Shown: positions 1-10,029 of the stretch, one piece after another
How the letters are laid out: each line of letters opens with the position of its first letter
How positions within the stretch are numbered: the first letter of the stretch is position 1
Source of the DNA: Escherichia phage EcNP1
DNA: 64,000 bases
Sequence record: NC_054910.1
Reading direction: 5' to 3' (one strand)
Notes under the pieces: generated by a model
The model's input: only the letters and a program-made list of their open reading frames with translations
What the model was told of the DNA's origin: nothing
Databases searched by the model: none
Translations under genes and position numbers: made by a program

Positions 1-1070
1 AATTCATCGACTTCAGCTTCAACAATTTCATTACTATCAATAGCACCTAACTGATAAGCACGTTTAATAGCATCTCGGAATGGTTGATGCTTAAATAAAG
101 GACCCCAGAATGTAGTGCAATTGGTATCTTTTGCACGCCAAGATTTTTCTTCGCGAATCATCTCACCGGTTTCTTCGTCAAGAAATTCACGAGCATACCA
201 ACCATTTTTAGGTTTTACTACAAATCCTAATTCAAGAGCCATATCTAACAATCCAGAATAAGGATCGATACCACCGTCAAATTTAACATCAATAAAGAAT
301 TTACTTTTTTCTTTAACAGTACGAGATTTTTCTACATTTAGAACAAATTGATACCCCTGAAGATCAGAACCATCTTTAATCTGGCGCTTACCGATAATGA
401 ATACAGTATCAGCCGAATACATTACGCCTGTACCACCTGTCATCACGGTTTTACTAAACATTTCAATTGTTTCAATTGTATGGTTAACCGCAACACATGG
501 AATGTTTTTAATACTAAAATAAGGAGTAACAATACGGAATAATGACTTCAGTGATTTAGCACGAGTCATATCTGCCACAGATTTTTCATTCAAGGCATCT
601 TCCGTTTCTTTCTTAGAAGCCATATTACCGATTGAGTCGATGAATACAATAACTTTTTCACCGCGCTCAATAGCTTCAAGCTGATTCACCATATCAATTT
701 TCAGTTGTTCAACTGACTGGATTGGTGTATGAATTACTCGTTCCGGGTCAACTCCCATAGATCGCAAATAAGCTGGAGTGATACCAAATTCGCTATCATA
801 AAATAGACAAACTGCATCAGGATATTTGTTCAAATACGCCGCAACCATAGTCAAAGACATATTTGATTTAAAGTGTTTAGAAGGACCTGCAAAAATGGTT
901 AAACCAGACTGCATACCGCCATCAATCGCACCGGAAATAGCAATATTAAGCATTGGGATTTTTGTACGGATTACATCCTTTTCATTAAAGAATTTAGATG
1001 TAGTCAGTTCAGCAGTCATTTTAGAAGTGGAAGCTTTAATCAAACGGGATTTTAAATCTGCAATAGACAT
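1..1070 (-). CDS. uvsX: UvsX RecA-like recombinase, C-terminus beyond window start
   Basis: Manual reverse-complement translation from ATG at 1068-1070 gives MSIADLKSRLIKASTSKMTAELT..., matching T4 UvsX from memory; absent from ORF track because truncated. Confidence 0.88.
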   Translation of the reverse strand, partial: MSIADLKSRLIKASTSKMTAELTTSKFFNEKDVIRTKIPMLNIAISGAIDGGMQSGLTIFAGPSKHFKSNMSLTMVAAYLNKYPDAVCLFYDSEFGITPAYLRSMGVDPERVIHTPIQSVEQLKIDMVNQLEAIERGEKVIVFIDSIGNMASKKETEDALNEKSVADMTRAKSLKSLFRIVTPYFSIKNIPCVAVNHTIETIEMFSKTVMTGGTGVMYSADTVFIIGKRQIKDGSDLQGYQFVLNVEKSRTVKEKSKFFIDVKFDGGIDPYSGLLDMALELGFVVKPKNGWYAREFLDEETGEMIREEKSWRAKDTNCTTFWGPLFKHQPFRDAIKRAYQLGAIDSNEIVEAEVDE

Positions 1071-1146
1071 TCATTTTTCCATAGGCATCATTATATTTTC
1101 CTCACTGGTTAAAGATAGGGTAATTATAACACAATAAATTTAGGCA

Positions 1147-1989
1147 TTAATCAACTGCTATTGGATGAATAGCATTAAACTTATGAAACGCTTCTGATTT
1201 TTCTTTGCGCGAAACACACATGCGAAGAACCTTTAATGGCTCGTCTTCTTCACCTAATGATTTTCGTTTTTCAATATTAGAAGTTTTCCAACGAGCTTGC
1301 TCTGGAAACTCTCTATTGATTTGCTCAAGCGCTCTATTATGTTTAGAATTACTACGAATTGAGCTACATCCGCCTGGAGCTTGTGCTTTTCCAGATACAA
1401 CCAGATATTTGAACAAGGCCAAATGCGGATAACCTTGATTAATTAAATTGAGAAATGCATACATATCTTCGCATAAATCAATTTTTCCATACCCAATTTG
1501 TTCTGTTGTAAGTTTTCCGAGGTCATACCAGGTATTCGTGAATCCATATGAATTTTCACGATAATTACCCCAAGATGAAGTAATTTTAAAAATTGGTAGA
1601 CGAGCATGGCCATGATAATACCCGCAATCCATAGCATCTTCCACGTATTGAATCAATTCATAGAACTGTTCACGAGTTAATTGATTAATTTTATCTACGC
1701 AGCGACGATCATCTTTCTTTCGCATTGAACTCATACGAATAGTAGTATCATCATCAATCATCCAGATTCGTTGGCCTGCATACATATCAGTAATTGCTTT
1801 ACGAGTACCAGCAATTCCATTAACATCATCAGGAATAGTTATAATTTTAGCTCTAGACCCATAAGCATCATAATAAGCTTTTTCTTCGTGTTTACGTACT
1901 ACAATATGAGGTTCATAATCAGATGGAAACATATCAAGGGCAGAAACTGCCCCTACGCGTTGATAACTTGGAATTACGAATTGAATCAT
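1147..1989 (-). CDS. Glycosyltransferase with DxD-type motif (IDDDTT) at the T4 beta-gt position; not T4 beta-gt-like, possibly T2/T6-type HMC glucosyltransferase
   Basis: ORF track 282 aa from GTG at 1995; ATG at 1987-1989 overlaps gene 42 stop (ATGA); product assignment is inference. Confidence 0.8.
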   Translation of the reverse strand: MIQFVIPSYQRVGAVSALDMFPSDYEPHIVVRKHEEKAYYDAYGSRAKIITIPDDVNGIAGTRKAITDMYAGQRIWMIDDDTTIRMSSMRKKDDRRCVDKINQLTREQFYELIQYVEDAMDCGYYHGHARLPIFKITSSWGNYRENSYGFTNTWYDLGKLTTEQIGYGKIDLCEDMYAFLNLINQGYPHLALFKYLVVSGKAQAPGGCSSIRSNSKHNRALEQINREFPEQARWKTSNIEKRKSLGEEDEPLKVLRMCVSRKEKSEAFHKFNAIHPIAVD

Positions 1990-2726
1990 TTCCACTCACC
2001 GTTATAATCTTTTTTCGCAATATGAGTTTCGCCAGTTTTCCACCAATGGTCAACCAAATAAAAATGACGGGAATACACATGAAGGCTTCCGACATTCCAT
2101 ATAATGGAACCTGCTTTATACTGACGAGTTGAATCACCTGCATTCAAATCAGATACTAATTTATCTAGTACGTATTTTTGCCATGCATAATCATTACGGA
2201 ATCCGAAGACCACGTCATTTGAACGCATGCTTACTACTGCATTGACTTTCTTATCACGAATCAGATACTGTACTGTATTCGTACACATGAAATCTGACAT
2301 GCCATCTTTATTGTAGTCAAACTGCATGGATGGACGAGTATAAATCATGATACCACGTCGAGAATCAGGATTTTGACCAAGTTCAGCTAAACACATATCA
2401 TATTGGGCATAGTTATCTTCTGACCAGATGGCCCAACCATAATTCGAGTTAATTTCGCCTTTAGAAGATGCTACCTGCTGCCAAATCTTTGGTGTTTCAC
2501 CTGGAATATCTTTAACAAACAAACTTTGAGACTTATACCATTCAAGTTCACGCTGAATGTATTCATCATTAAGAGCGCCAAAAATAAAAGGTTCATCTGC
2601 TACAAATGATGCACCAATAATTTCAATAGTTTTAACACCGGTTTTATCAATTACGAAATCTTTTTCCTTTAATGCAAGACCCAAATCAAGACGGATTTCT
2701 TCAACTGTCATATAATCGTTAATCAT
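1986..2726 (-). CDS. 42: dCMP hydroxymethylase
   Basis: 246 aa, near-identical to T4 gp42 as recalled; ATG confirmed at 2724-2726. Confidence 0.95.
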   Translation of the reverse strand: MINDYMTVEEIRLDLGLALKEKDFVIDKTGVKTIEIIGASFVADEPFIFGALNDEYIQRELEWYKSQSLFVKDIPGETPKIWQQVASSKGEINSNYGWAIWSEDNYAQYDMCLAELGQNPDSRRGIMIYTRPSMQFDYNKDGMSDFMCTNTVQYLIRDKKVNAVVSMRSNDVVFGFRNDYAWQKYVLDKLVSDLNAGDSTRQYKAGSIIWNVGSLHVYSRHFYLVDHWWKTGETHIAKKDYNGEWK

Positions 2727-2879
2727 TTAAACCTCAATTGATGCATTCATATTTAACTTGTAACAGTAATAAACTCCACCCTATAATAAGCGTTGGAATC
2801 ATACAAGGAACTGTTACGCTATAGTATATACTTATTATAATCATCAAGATTAAAAGCAATACTGCTAAAATTTTGCTTT

Positions 2880-3131
2880 TCATTCCTTCTCTCTGATGAT
2901 AATTACTTGATTTTGCTGTACAGATTTTTTAGTTTCACCCGCAATTGACCAAATAAAGGTAATAAACCAACCAATAATTGACCAGTTAAACAGTAAAGAC
3001 GTGAAAAAGATTCCTACTGTCGATTTTGACCCACGCATCAAGGCGATGAACCACGGAAGCATGTATATAATAATAGCCAACACGCCTGAAACTAAAACCA
3101 TAAAAATTGAACCTGCTACTAAAGTTTCCAT
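2880..3131 (-). CDS. imm: Imm superinfection immunity membrane protein
   Basis: 83 aa hydrophobic protein, same size and position as T4 Imm; RBS GAGGAA upstream of ATG. Confidence 0.85.
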   Translation of the reverse strand: METLVAGSIFMVLVSGVLAIIIYMLPWFIALMRGSKSTVGIFFTSLLFNWSIIGWFITFIWSIAGETKKSVQQNQVIIIREKE

Positions 3132-3138
3132 GTTTTCC

Positions 3139-3519
3139 TCACTTAGTCAAATTTTTTACACATGAATTATAAGAATTTACTACATACTCCATCGGAGCAT
3201 TTTTACCAGTACGCCATTGGTAATTATTAGCCCAATTTGCCCAAAGTTCAGCACAGTAGTTTTCAATTTTTTCTTCACGCGTAATCACATCTGAATTACG
3301 ATATGCTTGAGCAGATTCATCTGGACGAATAGCTTCGTCAAAATTCGCCTGCATTTGTTCTACTGTCTGTTTTGGAGCCTCTTTATAACACTTGACGTTA
3401 GGATTATAAAATTTGCTTGAACAGTTTACAATTTTTCCTACATCAGACTGATTTACTACTGGTCCTTGAGCTACACAACCAGTAAGACCCAATGCAATAA
3501 CCAAAATAGCGATTTTCAT
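3139..3519 (-). CDS. Predicted lipoprotein (lipobox LTGC)
   Basis: Internal start MKIAILVIALGLTGC with RBS GGAGAA; ORF-track start at 3708 would overlap gene 43 and the promoter. Confidence 0.7.
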   Translation of the reverse strand: MKIAILVIALGLTGCVAQGPVVNQSDVGKIVNCSSKFYNPNVKCYKEAPKQTVEQMQANFDEAIRPDESAQAYRNSDVITREEKIENYCAELWANWANNYQWRTGKNAPMEYVVNSYNSCVKNLTK

Positions 3520-3547
3520 TTCATTCTCCAAATCCGCATCAGTTGAT

Positions 3548-3585
3548 AGTTGTATAGTACCACAAAGGAACTGGGATGTAAACAG
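3548..3585 (-). promoter_or_regulatory. T4-type early promoter (-35 GTTTACA, -10 TACTAT)
   Basis: Plus-strand tgtaaac at 3577-3583 and tatagtacca block; member of the repeated early-promoter block. Confidence 0.7.
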
Positions 3586-3666
3586 TTTTGTGAAAAATTT
3601 TTTAATGAATTCCAGAGGTCCAGAATCATCTATTTTTCCTAAGTATAGATTTATATTACTTGTATG

Positions 3667-3687
3667 AAAAAGGGACCCGGAGGTCCC
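3667..3687 (-). terminator. Rho-independent terminator after gene 43
   Basis: Minus RNA GGGACCUCCGGGUCCC followed by UUUUU, 14 nt after gene 43 stop. Confidence 0.7.
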
Positions 3688-3700
3688 TAGATTTATTCTA

Positions 3701-6397
3701 TCAGCCAAACAGGAAGTCTAACGAAGCTTTTTCCTCATAGTCCATACCTGCCGATTCACACATGCCCGCAAGCGGTTTAACAAACGATTTTTGGAACAAA
3801 GTTGAGTAGTCAATCCAAGACAGTACATCAGAACGAATTTCTTTTGGAAGTTCTGTGCCCGACGGCCAAGCAATACACTTGTCACCAAATGGATTTCCCT
3901 CACGTAATGGAAGAACCATTACCTTATTTCCATCCAAAATTGGAGCTACACCTAAACCACTAACAGCTCGACGATAAGTTAGTACACCACGAATATGGAA
4001 CGGGCATTTAAACCCTGGCCAACCTTTATCATCATATTTCGCTATATCGTTCGCGGTTTTTACTTCAGCAATAACTTTATAATCAAGTTGACGATATTCT
4101 TTCTCAAAGTTCTTGTAGTATTCTTGGACAGACTCTTCGCCTTCCTGAAGAATACGACGAATACTTTCTTCGAGAGCTTCTTGTACTGCTTTTGGTGTTG
4201 AACTCTGCTGAGTTTCCATACCCATGATTTTTAGATGCGGTTCGGCAAATCGCTTATCTTCCATATCATAAACGTTCAGAGCATAACGTTTTTTCGCTTT
4301 CCAAAATCCACCAACACCCTTTGAACCAAGCGGAGGACAAGAAATAGCTTCACGGTCCATATGCATCAGATGCTCGCGGTTATTCATATAATCGCATAAC
4401 TCACGATATGCAACATCAATCATAGGTTCCATCTTTTTCTTACCGAACTGATTCATGAATTCAACTAAATCATTTTGTTCTTTAAAGCGATCAAGACCTA
4501 CTTTTTCAATAACTTTATCTACACAAACATATACCGAATCAGTATCACCTGCTGCGATGAAATCTTCACCATCAGTTCCACATACTTTATTCAGGTATTC
4601 ATTAATTTTACGAGCAATCCACTGAATACCAACTTGACCAAAAATTGTGATAGCAGTAGCATTTCGCAAATCATAGTAACGGAAATGAATATTACCAAGA
4701 GCACCATAAAGACTGTTGATAAGAATTTTACGGTTCAGCTGATTTGTGTTAGCAAGTGTAGCTGCTTTTTCACATTCTTCGATCAGACTATTAAGAACAG
4801 ATTCGGTGTAATTTGATAGTTCATTTAAGAAATCATCACTGAACTTAACATATCGTTCAACTTCTGGTTTAGTTGAACAAGACCCTGCGCCTTTCATAAT
4901 AATCTTTTTAATAGCTTCGGCATTCATTTCTTCAGCGAACATTTTCTTTTTCCAATCTTTACGCTGGAAAAATACTTTAGCGATTTCCTTTGGAATGATA
5001 CCTTCTTGGTGCTTATCATACATCCATCCATTCGGAGAGCAAGAATATTCATCACTTGGCTTAGGAGCTGTTCCTGCGATATATTCATGAATTGGATGAA
5101 CTTTAAACTGCCCACGAATAGTCTCAGGACTAATGTTAACCTGACGAATAATGCTAGGATACAGAGACGTCAAGTCAAAACTCATAATGTATCGACGAGC
5201 AATCGGTTTAGGTTCAAACACAAATGCACCTGGAAAACTCTGTTTAACGTGCGAACCTTGTTGAGGAATAACCTTATGTTCACCTTTCAGTGAGTTAAAA
5301 ATAATAGCATCCCAAGTTTTAATAGGACTCATTACACCAGAAAAAGGCATTTTAGCGTAATAAGACATACTTAAAACTAGATCGATAAACCCACGAATTT
5401 TATCAATTGCTTGAACTGATTCTACGTCAATAATGTTATAACTAATGTATCGTTGATGATTAGTCTCACGAAGTTTATTAATAGGACCATCGTACGGTAA
5501 TTTACCTTTTTTGGTTTCATGTTGAGCAACTGATTCCAAAGAGAACGATGGCAAATTAGTAAATGCGAATTTCTTGTACAAATCTAAATAATCAAGAATA
5601 GATACGCCATCAATAGAATAAATTTCTTTGCTACCGTACATATTTTGAATTAATTTAGATTTTACTCGACCGATTGGAGAGAAACGTTTCATACTGCGTT
5701 CACCGAGAACCATTTTAACACGATTCATGATATACGGAACGTCAAATCCCTCAATATTCCAACCGGTAAAAATAGCAGGTCGTTTCTGTTCCCAGAGATT
5801 AATATATTCCATGAGCATATCACGCTCATTATCAAATGGCATATAAATTACTCGGTCAAGAATTTCTTGAGGAACTTCATCACCACCTTCACAGTCAAGC
5901 TTAGCAGCTAACTTTGCATCCCATTTTGATACTGAACCGTACATTGAATTCAACAAATCAAAGACGTAAAAACGGTCGTCAATTGAATCATAATGAGTGA
6001 TAGCATCAATTTCATATTCTGCTTTCATTGGGTCAGGAAATTTATCACCAGTAACCTCAATGTCACAGTTAGCTACACGAACAAATTTTCGGTCATAAAC
6101 AATTTCTGAACCATATGTATCACTGATATAAGCGAGTTTAAAATCGTTCATACCAAGAGCTTCGAGACCGATGTCTTCCATTCGTTTCATCCAATCTCGT
6201 GCATCTTTCATTGATGGAAATTTTTGAGGAGCGCAATTTTTACCATAAATGTCTTTGTATTTTGACTCTTCCTTACAATGCCTAAACATAGTCGGAAGAT
6301 ATTCTACTTCACGAGTACGTTCCTTTCCATTTTCATCAATATAACGTTCAACAATATTATTTCCGACTGTTTCGATAGAGATATAAAATTCTTTCAT
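3701..6397 (-). CDS. 43: DNA polymerase
   Basis: 898 aa, same length as T4 gp43; family B polymerase motifs (e.g. YGDTDS); ATG at 6395-6397. Confidence 0.97.
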   Translation of the reverse strand: MKEFYISIETVGNNIVERYIDENGKERTREVEYLPTMFRHCKEESKYKDIYGKNCAPQKFPSMKDARDWMKRMEDIGLEALGMNDFKLAYISDTYGSEIVYDRKFVRVANCDIEVTGDKFPDPMKAEYEIDAITHYDSIDDRFYVFDLLNSMYGSVSKWDAKLAAKLDCEGGDEVPQEILDRVIYMPFDNERDMLMEYINLWEQKRPAIFTGWNIEGFDVPYIMNRVKMVLGERSMKRFSPIGRVKSKLIQNMYGSKEIYSIDGVSILDYLDLYKKFAFTNLPSFSLESVAQHETKKGKLPYDGPINKLRETNHQRYISYNIIDVESVQAIDKIRGFIDLVLSMSYYAKMPFSGVMSPIKTWDAIIFNSLKGEHKVIPQQGSHVKQSFPGAFVFEPKPIARRYIMSFDLTSLYPSIIRQVNISPETIRGQFKVHPIHEYIAGTAPKPSDEYSCSPNGWMYDKHQEGIIPKEIAKVFFQRKDWKKKMFAEEMNAEAIKKIIMKGAGSCSTKPEVERYVKFSDDFLNELSNYTESVLNSLIEECEKAATLANTNQLNRKILINSLYGALGNIHFRYYDLRNATAITIFGQVGIQWIARKINEYLNKVCGTDGEDFIAAGDTDSVYVCVDKVIEKVGLDRFKEQNDLVEFMNQFGKKKMEPMIDVAYRELCDYMNNREHLMHMDREAISCPPLGSKGVGGFWKAKKRYALNVYDMEDKRFAEPHLKIMGMETQQSSTPKAVQEALEESIRRILQEGEESVQEYYKNFEKEYRQLDYKVIAEVKTANDIAKYDDKGWPGFKCPFHIRGVLTYRRAVSGLGVAPILDGNKVMVLPLREGNPFGDKCIAWPSGTELPKEIRSDVLSWIDYSTLFQKSFVKPLAGMCESAGMDYEEKASLDFLFG

Positions 6398-6436
6398 AGA
6401 TATTCCTTAGTTTATAGCCCGAGTTATTAGGCTCTT
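6398..6436 (-). promoter_or_regulatory. Gene 43 translational operator
   Basis: Minus RNA AGAGCCUAAUAACUCGGGCUAUAAACUAAGGAAUAUCUAUG: 5-bp stem, 8-nt loop hairpin next to RBS, matching the T4 gp43 autoregulatory operator as recalled. Confidence 0.7.
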
Positions 6437-6457
6437 GATATATTATACTCCAAATAA

Positions 6458-6471
6458 GGGGCCGAAGCCCC
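6458..6471 (-). other. C(UUCG)G tetraloop hairpin
   Basis: Plus ggggccgaagcccc; minus RNA GGGGCUUCGGCCCC. Confidence 0.7.
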
Positions 6472-6475
6472 TTGC

Positions 6476-6697
6476 TTAAATTAATACCAGCTGTCGGTGA
6501 AAAATTGTTAATCCATCTGCATTAATTGACTTAACTACTGCAGTAAAATGTTTTTGTTCTGGGTGAACTAATTTTTGAAATTCTACCTGAAATTTTAGTT
6601 GGAGGTTTTCTGGTAAATCAAAAAGTGTTTCTGTTGCAGAAAGATTATATTTTTCTTTAAGAGACGCCATGTATTCTTGTGGGGTTATAGCAGTCAT
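6476..6697 (-). CDS. Hypothetical protein between regA and 43
   Basis: ATG directly follows regA TAA stop (translational coupling); 73 aa; start chosen to avoid overlap. Confidence 0.45.
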   Translation of the reverse strand: MTAITPQEYMASLKEKYNLSATETLFDLPENLQLKFQVEFQKLVHPEQKHFTAVVKSINADGLTIFHRQLVLI

Positions 6698-6698
6698 A

Positions 6699-7067
6699 TT
6701 AATTACCAATCGTATATTTAGGAACGAGTTTCCATTCATGTTTTTGCTTAAAAGAAATAACTCGGAAGTTATTAGTTAAGTCTTTCATAAAAGTTCTTTG
6801 ACCGGGAGCGATTTCAATCAGTCCCCAATCTTCTAATAGCCATGCGATTGAATCACGACGAACTTCATCTTCTTCTGTCATTTCAACTTGACGACCATCC
6901 ATACGAAGCATTTCTTTAAAATGGACGATATAGTATAGTCCTTTTTTCTGGAGAATATGACAGGATTGATACAGAACTTTATCTTTATTATTAGCAATTC
7001 CCATGCGAGTCAAGGTTTCTTTAACTTTCAGAAAATCTTCAGGTTTTTTAAGAGTAATTTCAATCAT
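6699..7067 (-). CDS. regA: RegA translational repressor
   Basis: 122 aa, matches T4 RegA as recalled. Confidence 0.95.
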   Translation of the reverse strand: MIEITLKKPEDFLKVKETLTRMGIANNKDKVLYQSCHILQKKGLYYIVHFKEMLRMDGRQVEMTEEDEVRRDSIAWLLEDWGLIEIAPGQRTFMKDLTNNFRVISFKQKHEWKLVPKYTIGN

Positions 7068-7068
7068 T

Positions 7069-7632
7069 TTACCATTCCAATGCTAGTTTTTTGAGTTGTT
7101 TCTGTTCTTTTACGTTCTTAGTCACTTCTTTCAAAAAATCATCCGTGACTAAACCTTTTAGTTCTTTTAATACTAAAGGAAGTTTTCCATTTTTAGTAAG
7201 AATTGATTTATAGTTAATTGCATCATTTGTATTAACTTGATACCGCTTAGCAAGTAACTTAATAATCAATACTTCGGTAGAATCTTCAACCAGTTTTGCC
7301 CATTTACCGTATCTTTTACCCCGAGGAACAGCAGCCATCAGATAATTAAAATGGGCTTCATCGCTTAAACCTGATCCAATTAAATTCATAGCATATACAG
7401 CTGGCATGCACTCAGGAAATTGTGATAATGCATTCTCAACCATGTATTTTGAATAATCTTTTTGAGTAATAGAGCATTTAGTTTTATTATTGATAGCTCC
7501 AATTATTTCAAAAAACTCATTTTCAGCTTTTTCTTTAAAAGAATCAGCAGCAGATTGGACAGCTGTCCAATCTTTTGAATACCAAGCAACTTGATGCTCG
7601 TTTAATTGAATATCATCTTCAAATAAGCTCAT
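7069..7632 (-). CDS. 62: Clamp loader small subunit
   Basis: 187 aa, T4 gp62 size and position. Confidence 0.93.
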   Translation of the reverse strand: MSLFEDDIQLNEHQVAWYSKDWTAVQSAADSFKEKAENEFFEIIGAINNKTKCSITQKDYSKYMVENALSQFPECMPAVYAMNLIGSGLSDEAHFNYLMAAVPRGKRYGKWAKLVEDSTEVLIIKLLAKRYQVNTNDAINYKSILTKNGKLPLVLKELKGLVTDDFLKEVTKNVKEQKQLKKLALEW

Positions 7633-7633
7633 A

Positions 7634-8593
7634 TCACTTCCACTGCATTTCGCATGCCAATTGAATGAAAAGATATGCTAAATGTAATTCCGTATTAGCC
7701 GCAATTCCATGATACTGGTTATTTTCACCAACAATTTCATACATACGAATAATACTTTGCGGAGTTACGCGTGTATAGATTTCTTCAGCAAGTTTACCAA
7801 CGAACCACGAATAATCAGCTGCATATTTTGGTGCTAAAGCTCTGAGCTGTTTAACATCTTTATTTTTGAGAGACTCAAGAACATCATCAATAGCACCACG
7901 ATCGTTAGTAACCAGTGATAAAATACCAGCATCCAAAACACCTTTAGACGAATAACTATCGAGCTCACCAATAGTTTTACGAAAATCAGGAAAATTCTTT
8001 TTAACCAAAGCTGCTACAACTTTCATATCAGCTATAGCAATTCCTTCATGCTTACAGATTTCAGTCAATCGACGAATCATCTGCTTCATCATTTCAATTT
8101 TATCTTCATCGGTCGGTTGACCGAACGTAATAACTCGGCAGCGTGACTGAAGCGGTTTAATAATACCATCAATATTGTTAGCAGTAATAATAATACTACA
8201 GTTTGAACTATAAGCTTCCATAAAGGAACGAAGATGTCGCTGAGACTCTGCTAACCCTGAACGGTCAAATTCATCAATAACGATTACTTTTTGACGACCA
8301 TCAAATGAAGCTGCACTAGCAAAATTAGTCAAAGGACCGCGAACGAAATCAATTTTACAATCTGACCCATTCACAAACATCATATCAGCATTTACATCAT
8401 GACACAATGCTTTTGCTACGGTTGTTTTACCTGTTCCTGGAGAAGGAGAATGAAGAATAATATGTGGAATCTTACCTTTACTTGTAATAGATTTAAAGGT
8501 TTCTTTATCAAAGGCGGGAAGAATACATTCATCGATAGTAGATGGACGATATTTCTGTTCAAGAATGTGTTCTTTTTCATTTACAGTAATCAT
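7634..8593 (-). CDS. 44: Clamp loader large subunit (AAA+, Walker A GTGKTT)
   Basis: Start set to MITVNEKEH (ATG 8591-8593, RBS GAGGAAA), giving 319 aa as in T4. Confidence 0.94.
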   Translation of the reverse strand: MITVNEKEHILEQKYRPSTIDECILPAFDKETFKSITSKGKIPHIILHSPSPGTGKTTVAKALCHDVNADMMFVNGSDCKIDFVRGPLTNFASAASFDGRQKVIVIDEFDRSGLAESQRHLRSFMEAYSSNCSIIITANNIDGIIKPLQSRCRVITFGQPTDEDKIEMMKQMIRRLTEICKHEGIAIADMKVVAALVKKNFPDFRKTIGELDSYSSKGVLDAGILSLVTNDRGAIDDVLESLKNKDVKQLRALAPKYAADYSWFVGKLAEEIYTRVTPQSIIRMYEIVGENNQYHGIAANTELHLAYLFIQLACEMQWK

Positions 8594-8626
8594 AATTTCC
8601 TCATTCAAGTTTTAGTGTAAATTATA

Positions 8627-8643
8627 AAGGGCCGAAGCCCTTT
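8627..8643 (-). other. C(UUCG)G hairpin in 45-44 intercistronic region
   Basis: Plus aagggccgaagcccttt. Confidence 0.65.
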
Positions 8644-8644
8644 A

Positions 8645-9331
8645 TTAAAAGTCGTGGGTAGAATCAGCTTCAAGAGCTACTACATAATTCGCGTGTTCAC
8701 CTTCAAATTTAGCAGCACCTTGTTTACCTTTTGCCCAGAGCAGAAGTTTATAATTTCCTGGTTGCATTTTCATATTTGCCATATTGATAATGAAATTAAA
8801 TGTATTTTCACCATCATAATCACCAAGAGTCAAAGAATATTTAACACGGGTCAAAGCAGAATCTTCTACTTTATTAAAACCGTTAATTACGATTTTACCT
8901 TCTTTTACTGTGATAGCAATTGTATCAATCTGCAGACCGCGAGATACACGCAATAGCTGTTGAAGGTCTTCAGCTTTAATTTCAGTAACAACAGATGCTA
9001 CCGGGAATGGAATTGGTTTATTAGGAGCAACTACTGTACTTGGATCGGCTGCTGGCCAAAAAATTGTTGAACGAGCATCAGCAATTTTAATATTACCATC
9101 TTCTGACTGGGAAATTTCTGCATCATCATTAACTAGAGACAGAATACCGAGAAAACCGTTCAAATCGTAAATTGCTACATCAAAATCAATAGTGTCAGAA
9201 ATATTTGCTTCTGCATAAGTTGTACCATTAACTGCGCGAGTCATAATAAATTGACCAGATTTAAGCATAATACCAGAGTTAATAGTAGCGAAATTTTTGA
9301 GCAGAGCAGTAGTATCTTTAGACAGTTTCAT
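8645..9331 (-). CDS. 45: Sliding clamp
   Basis: 228 aa, T4 gp45 size and position. Confidence 0.95.
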   Translation of the reverse strand: MKLSKDTTALLKNFATINSGIMLKSGQFIMTRAVNGTTYAEANISDTIDFDVAIYDLNGFLGILSLVNDDAEISQSEDGNIKIADARSTIFWPAADPSTVVAPNKPIPFPVASVVTEIKAEDLQQLLRVSRGLQIDTIAITVKEGKIVINGFNKVEDSALTRVKYSLTLGDYDGENTFNFIINMANMKMQPGNYKLLLWAKGKQGAAKFEGEHANYVVALEADSTHDF

Positions 9332-9386
9332 GTAATTTCCTTCAATTCAAATGAGATTTAATTTTATAACTAATTTAATAAAGCAA

Positions 9387-9776
9387 TTAACGATTAAAAT
9401 CGGCAGCAATTGTTTCCGCAACAAGTTGAGCAGCAACAATTAGACGTTCATCTGCATTACCGCAATAATCATCTTCAAGGCGTTCACCACATGAAGTCAT
9501 AATAAATTTAGCACCAGCATTTAGAGATTCTGACGTATGTTTGCGCATTAGTTCAATCCATTTATCACTCACTTCACGATCGATAGCTTCATAATACGCA
9601 TGACGAGCAGGTGCAGATTTAATTTTGCTCTGAATAACTTCCATCACGTTATCAGAAAGAGACAAAACCCATGCTCGACGAATTTTATTTTGGTTTTGTG
9701 GATTTGATTCAGAACGCACGTGTTTTGGCTGAATATCTTTTACATCAACACTATAATTCACAGTAATTTTAGTCAT
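9387..9776 (-). CDS. rpbA: RNA polymerase binding protein RpbA
   Basis: 129 aa, T4 RpbA size and position. Confidence 0.85.
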   Translation of the reverse strand: MTKITVNYSVDVKDIQPKHVRSESNPQNQNKIRRAWVLSLSDNVMEVIQSKIKSAPARHAYYEAIDREVSDKWIELMRKHTSESLNAGAKFIMTSCGERLEDDYCGNADERLIVAAQLVAETIAADFNR

Positions 9777-9785
9777 AATACACCT

Positions 9786-9974
9786 TTAGTCATAATAATC
9801 AGTAACAGTCCAAGCTTCATTTCTGTTGGACATTATTTTCGTATATTCTGATTTAAATGCATTCTTAAGCATAGATTCAGTAACTATATGCTCTTCATTA
9901 GAAAAATTATTTCTCAGAATATATCGTTTTATTTCGGGAATAGTTAATAGATGCTGTCCAGTTGAATATTCCAT
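9786..9974 (-). CDS. Hypothetical protein (T4 45.2 position)
   Basis: ORF track 62 aa. Confidence 0.65.
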   Translation of the reverse strand: MEYSTGQHLLTIPEIKRYILRNNFSNEEHIVTESMLKNAFKSEYTKIMSNRNEAWTVTDYYD

Positions 9975-10029
9975 GTTTTTCCTCCATAGAGATTATACTC
10001 TAATAAATTAAAGCATAATCTCTTATAAA

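Noticed and set aside
826-1137. Plus-strand ORF of 103 aa
   Set aside because: Lies entirely antisense within uvsX, whose identification is strong.
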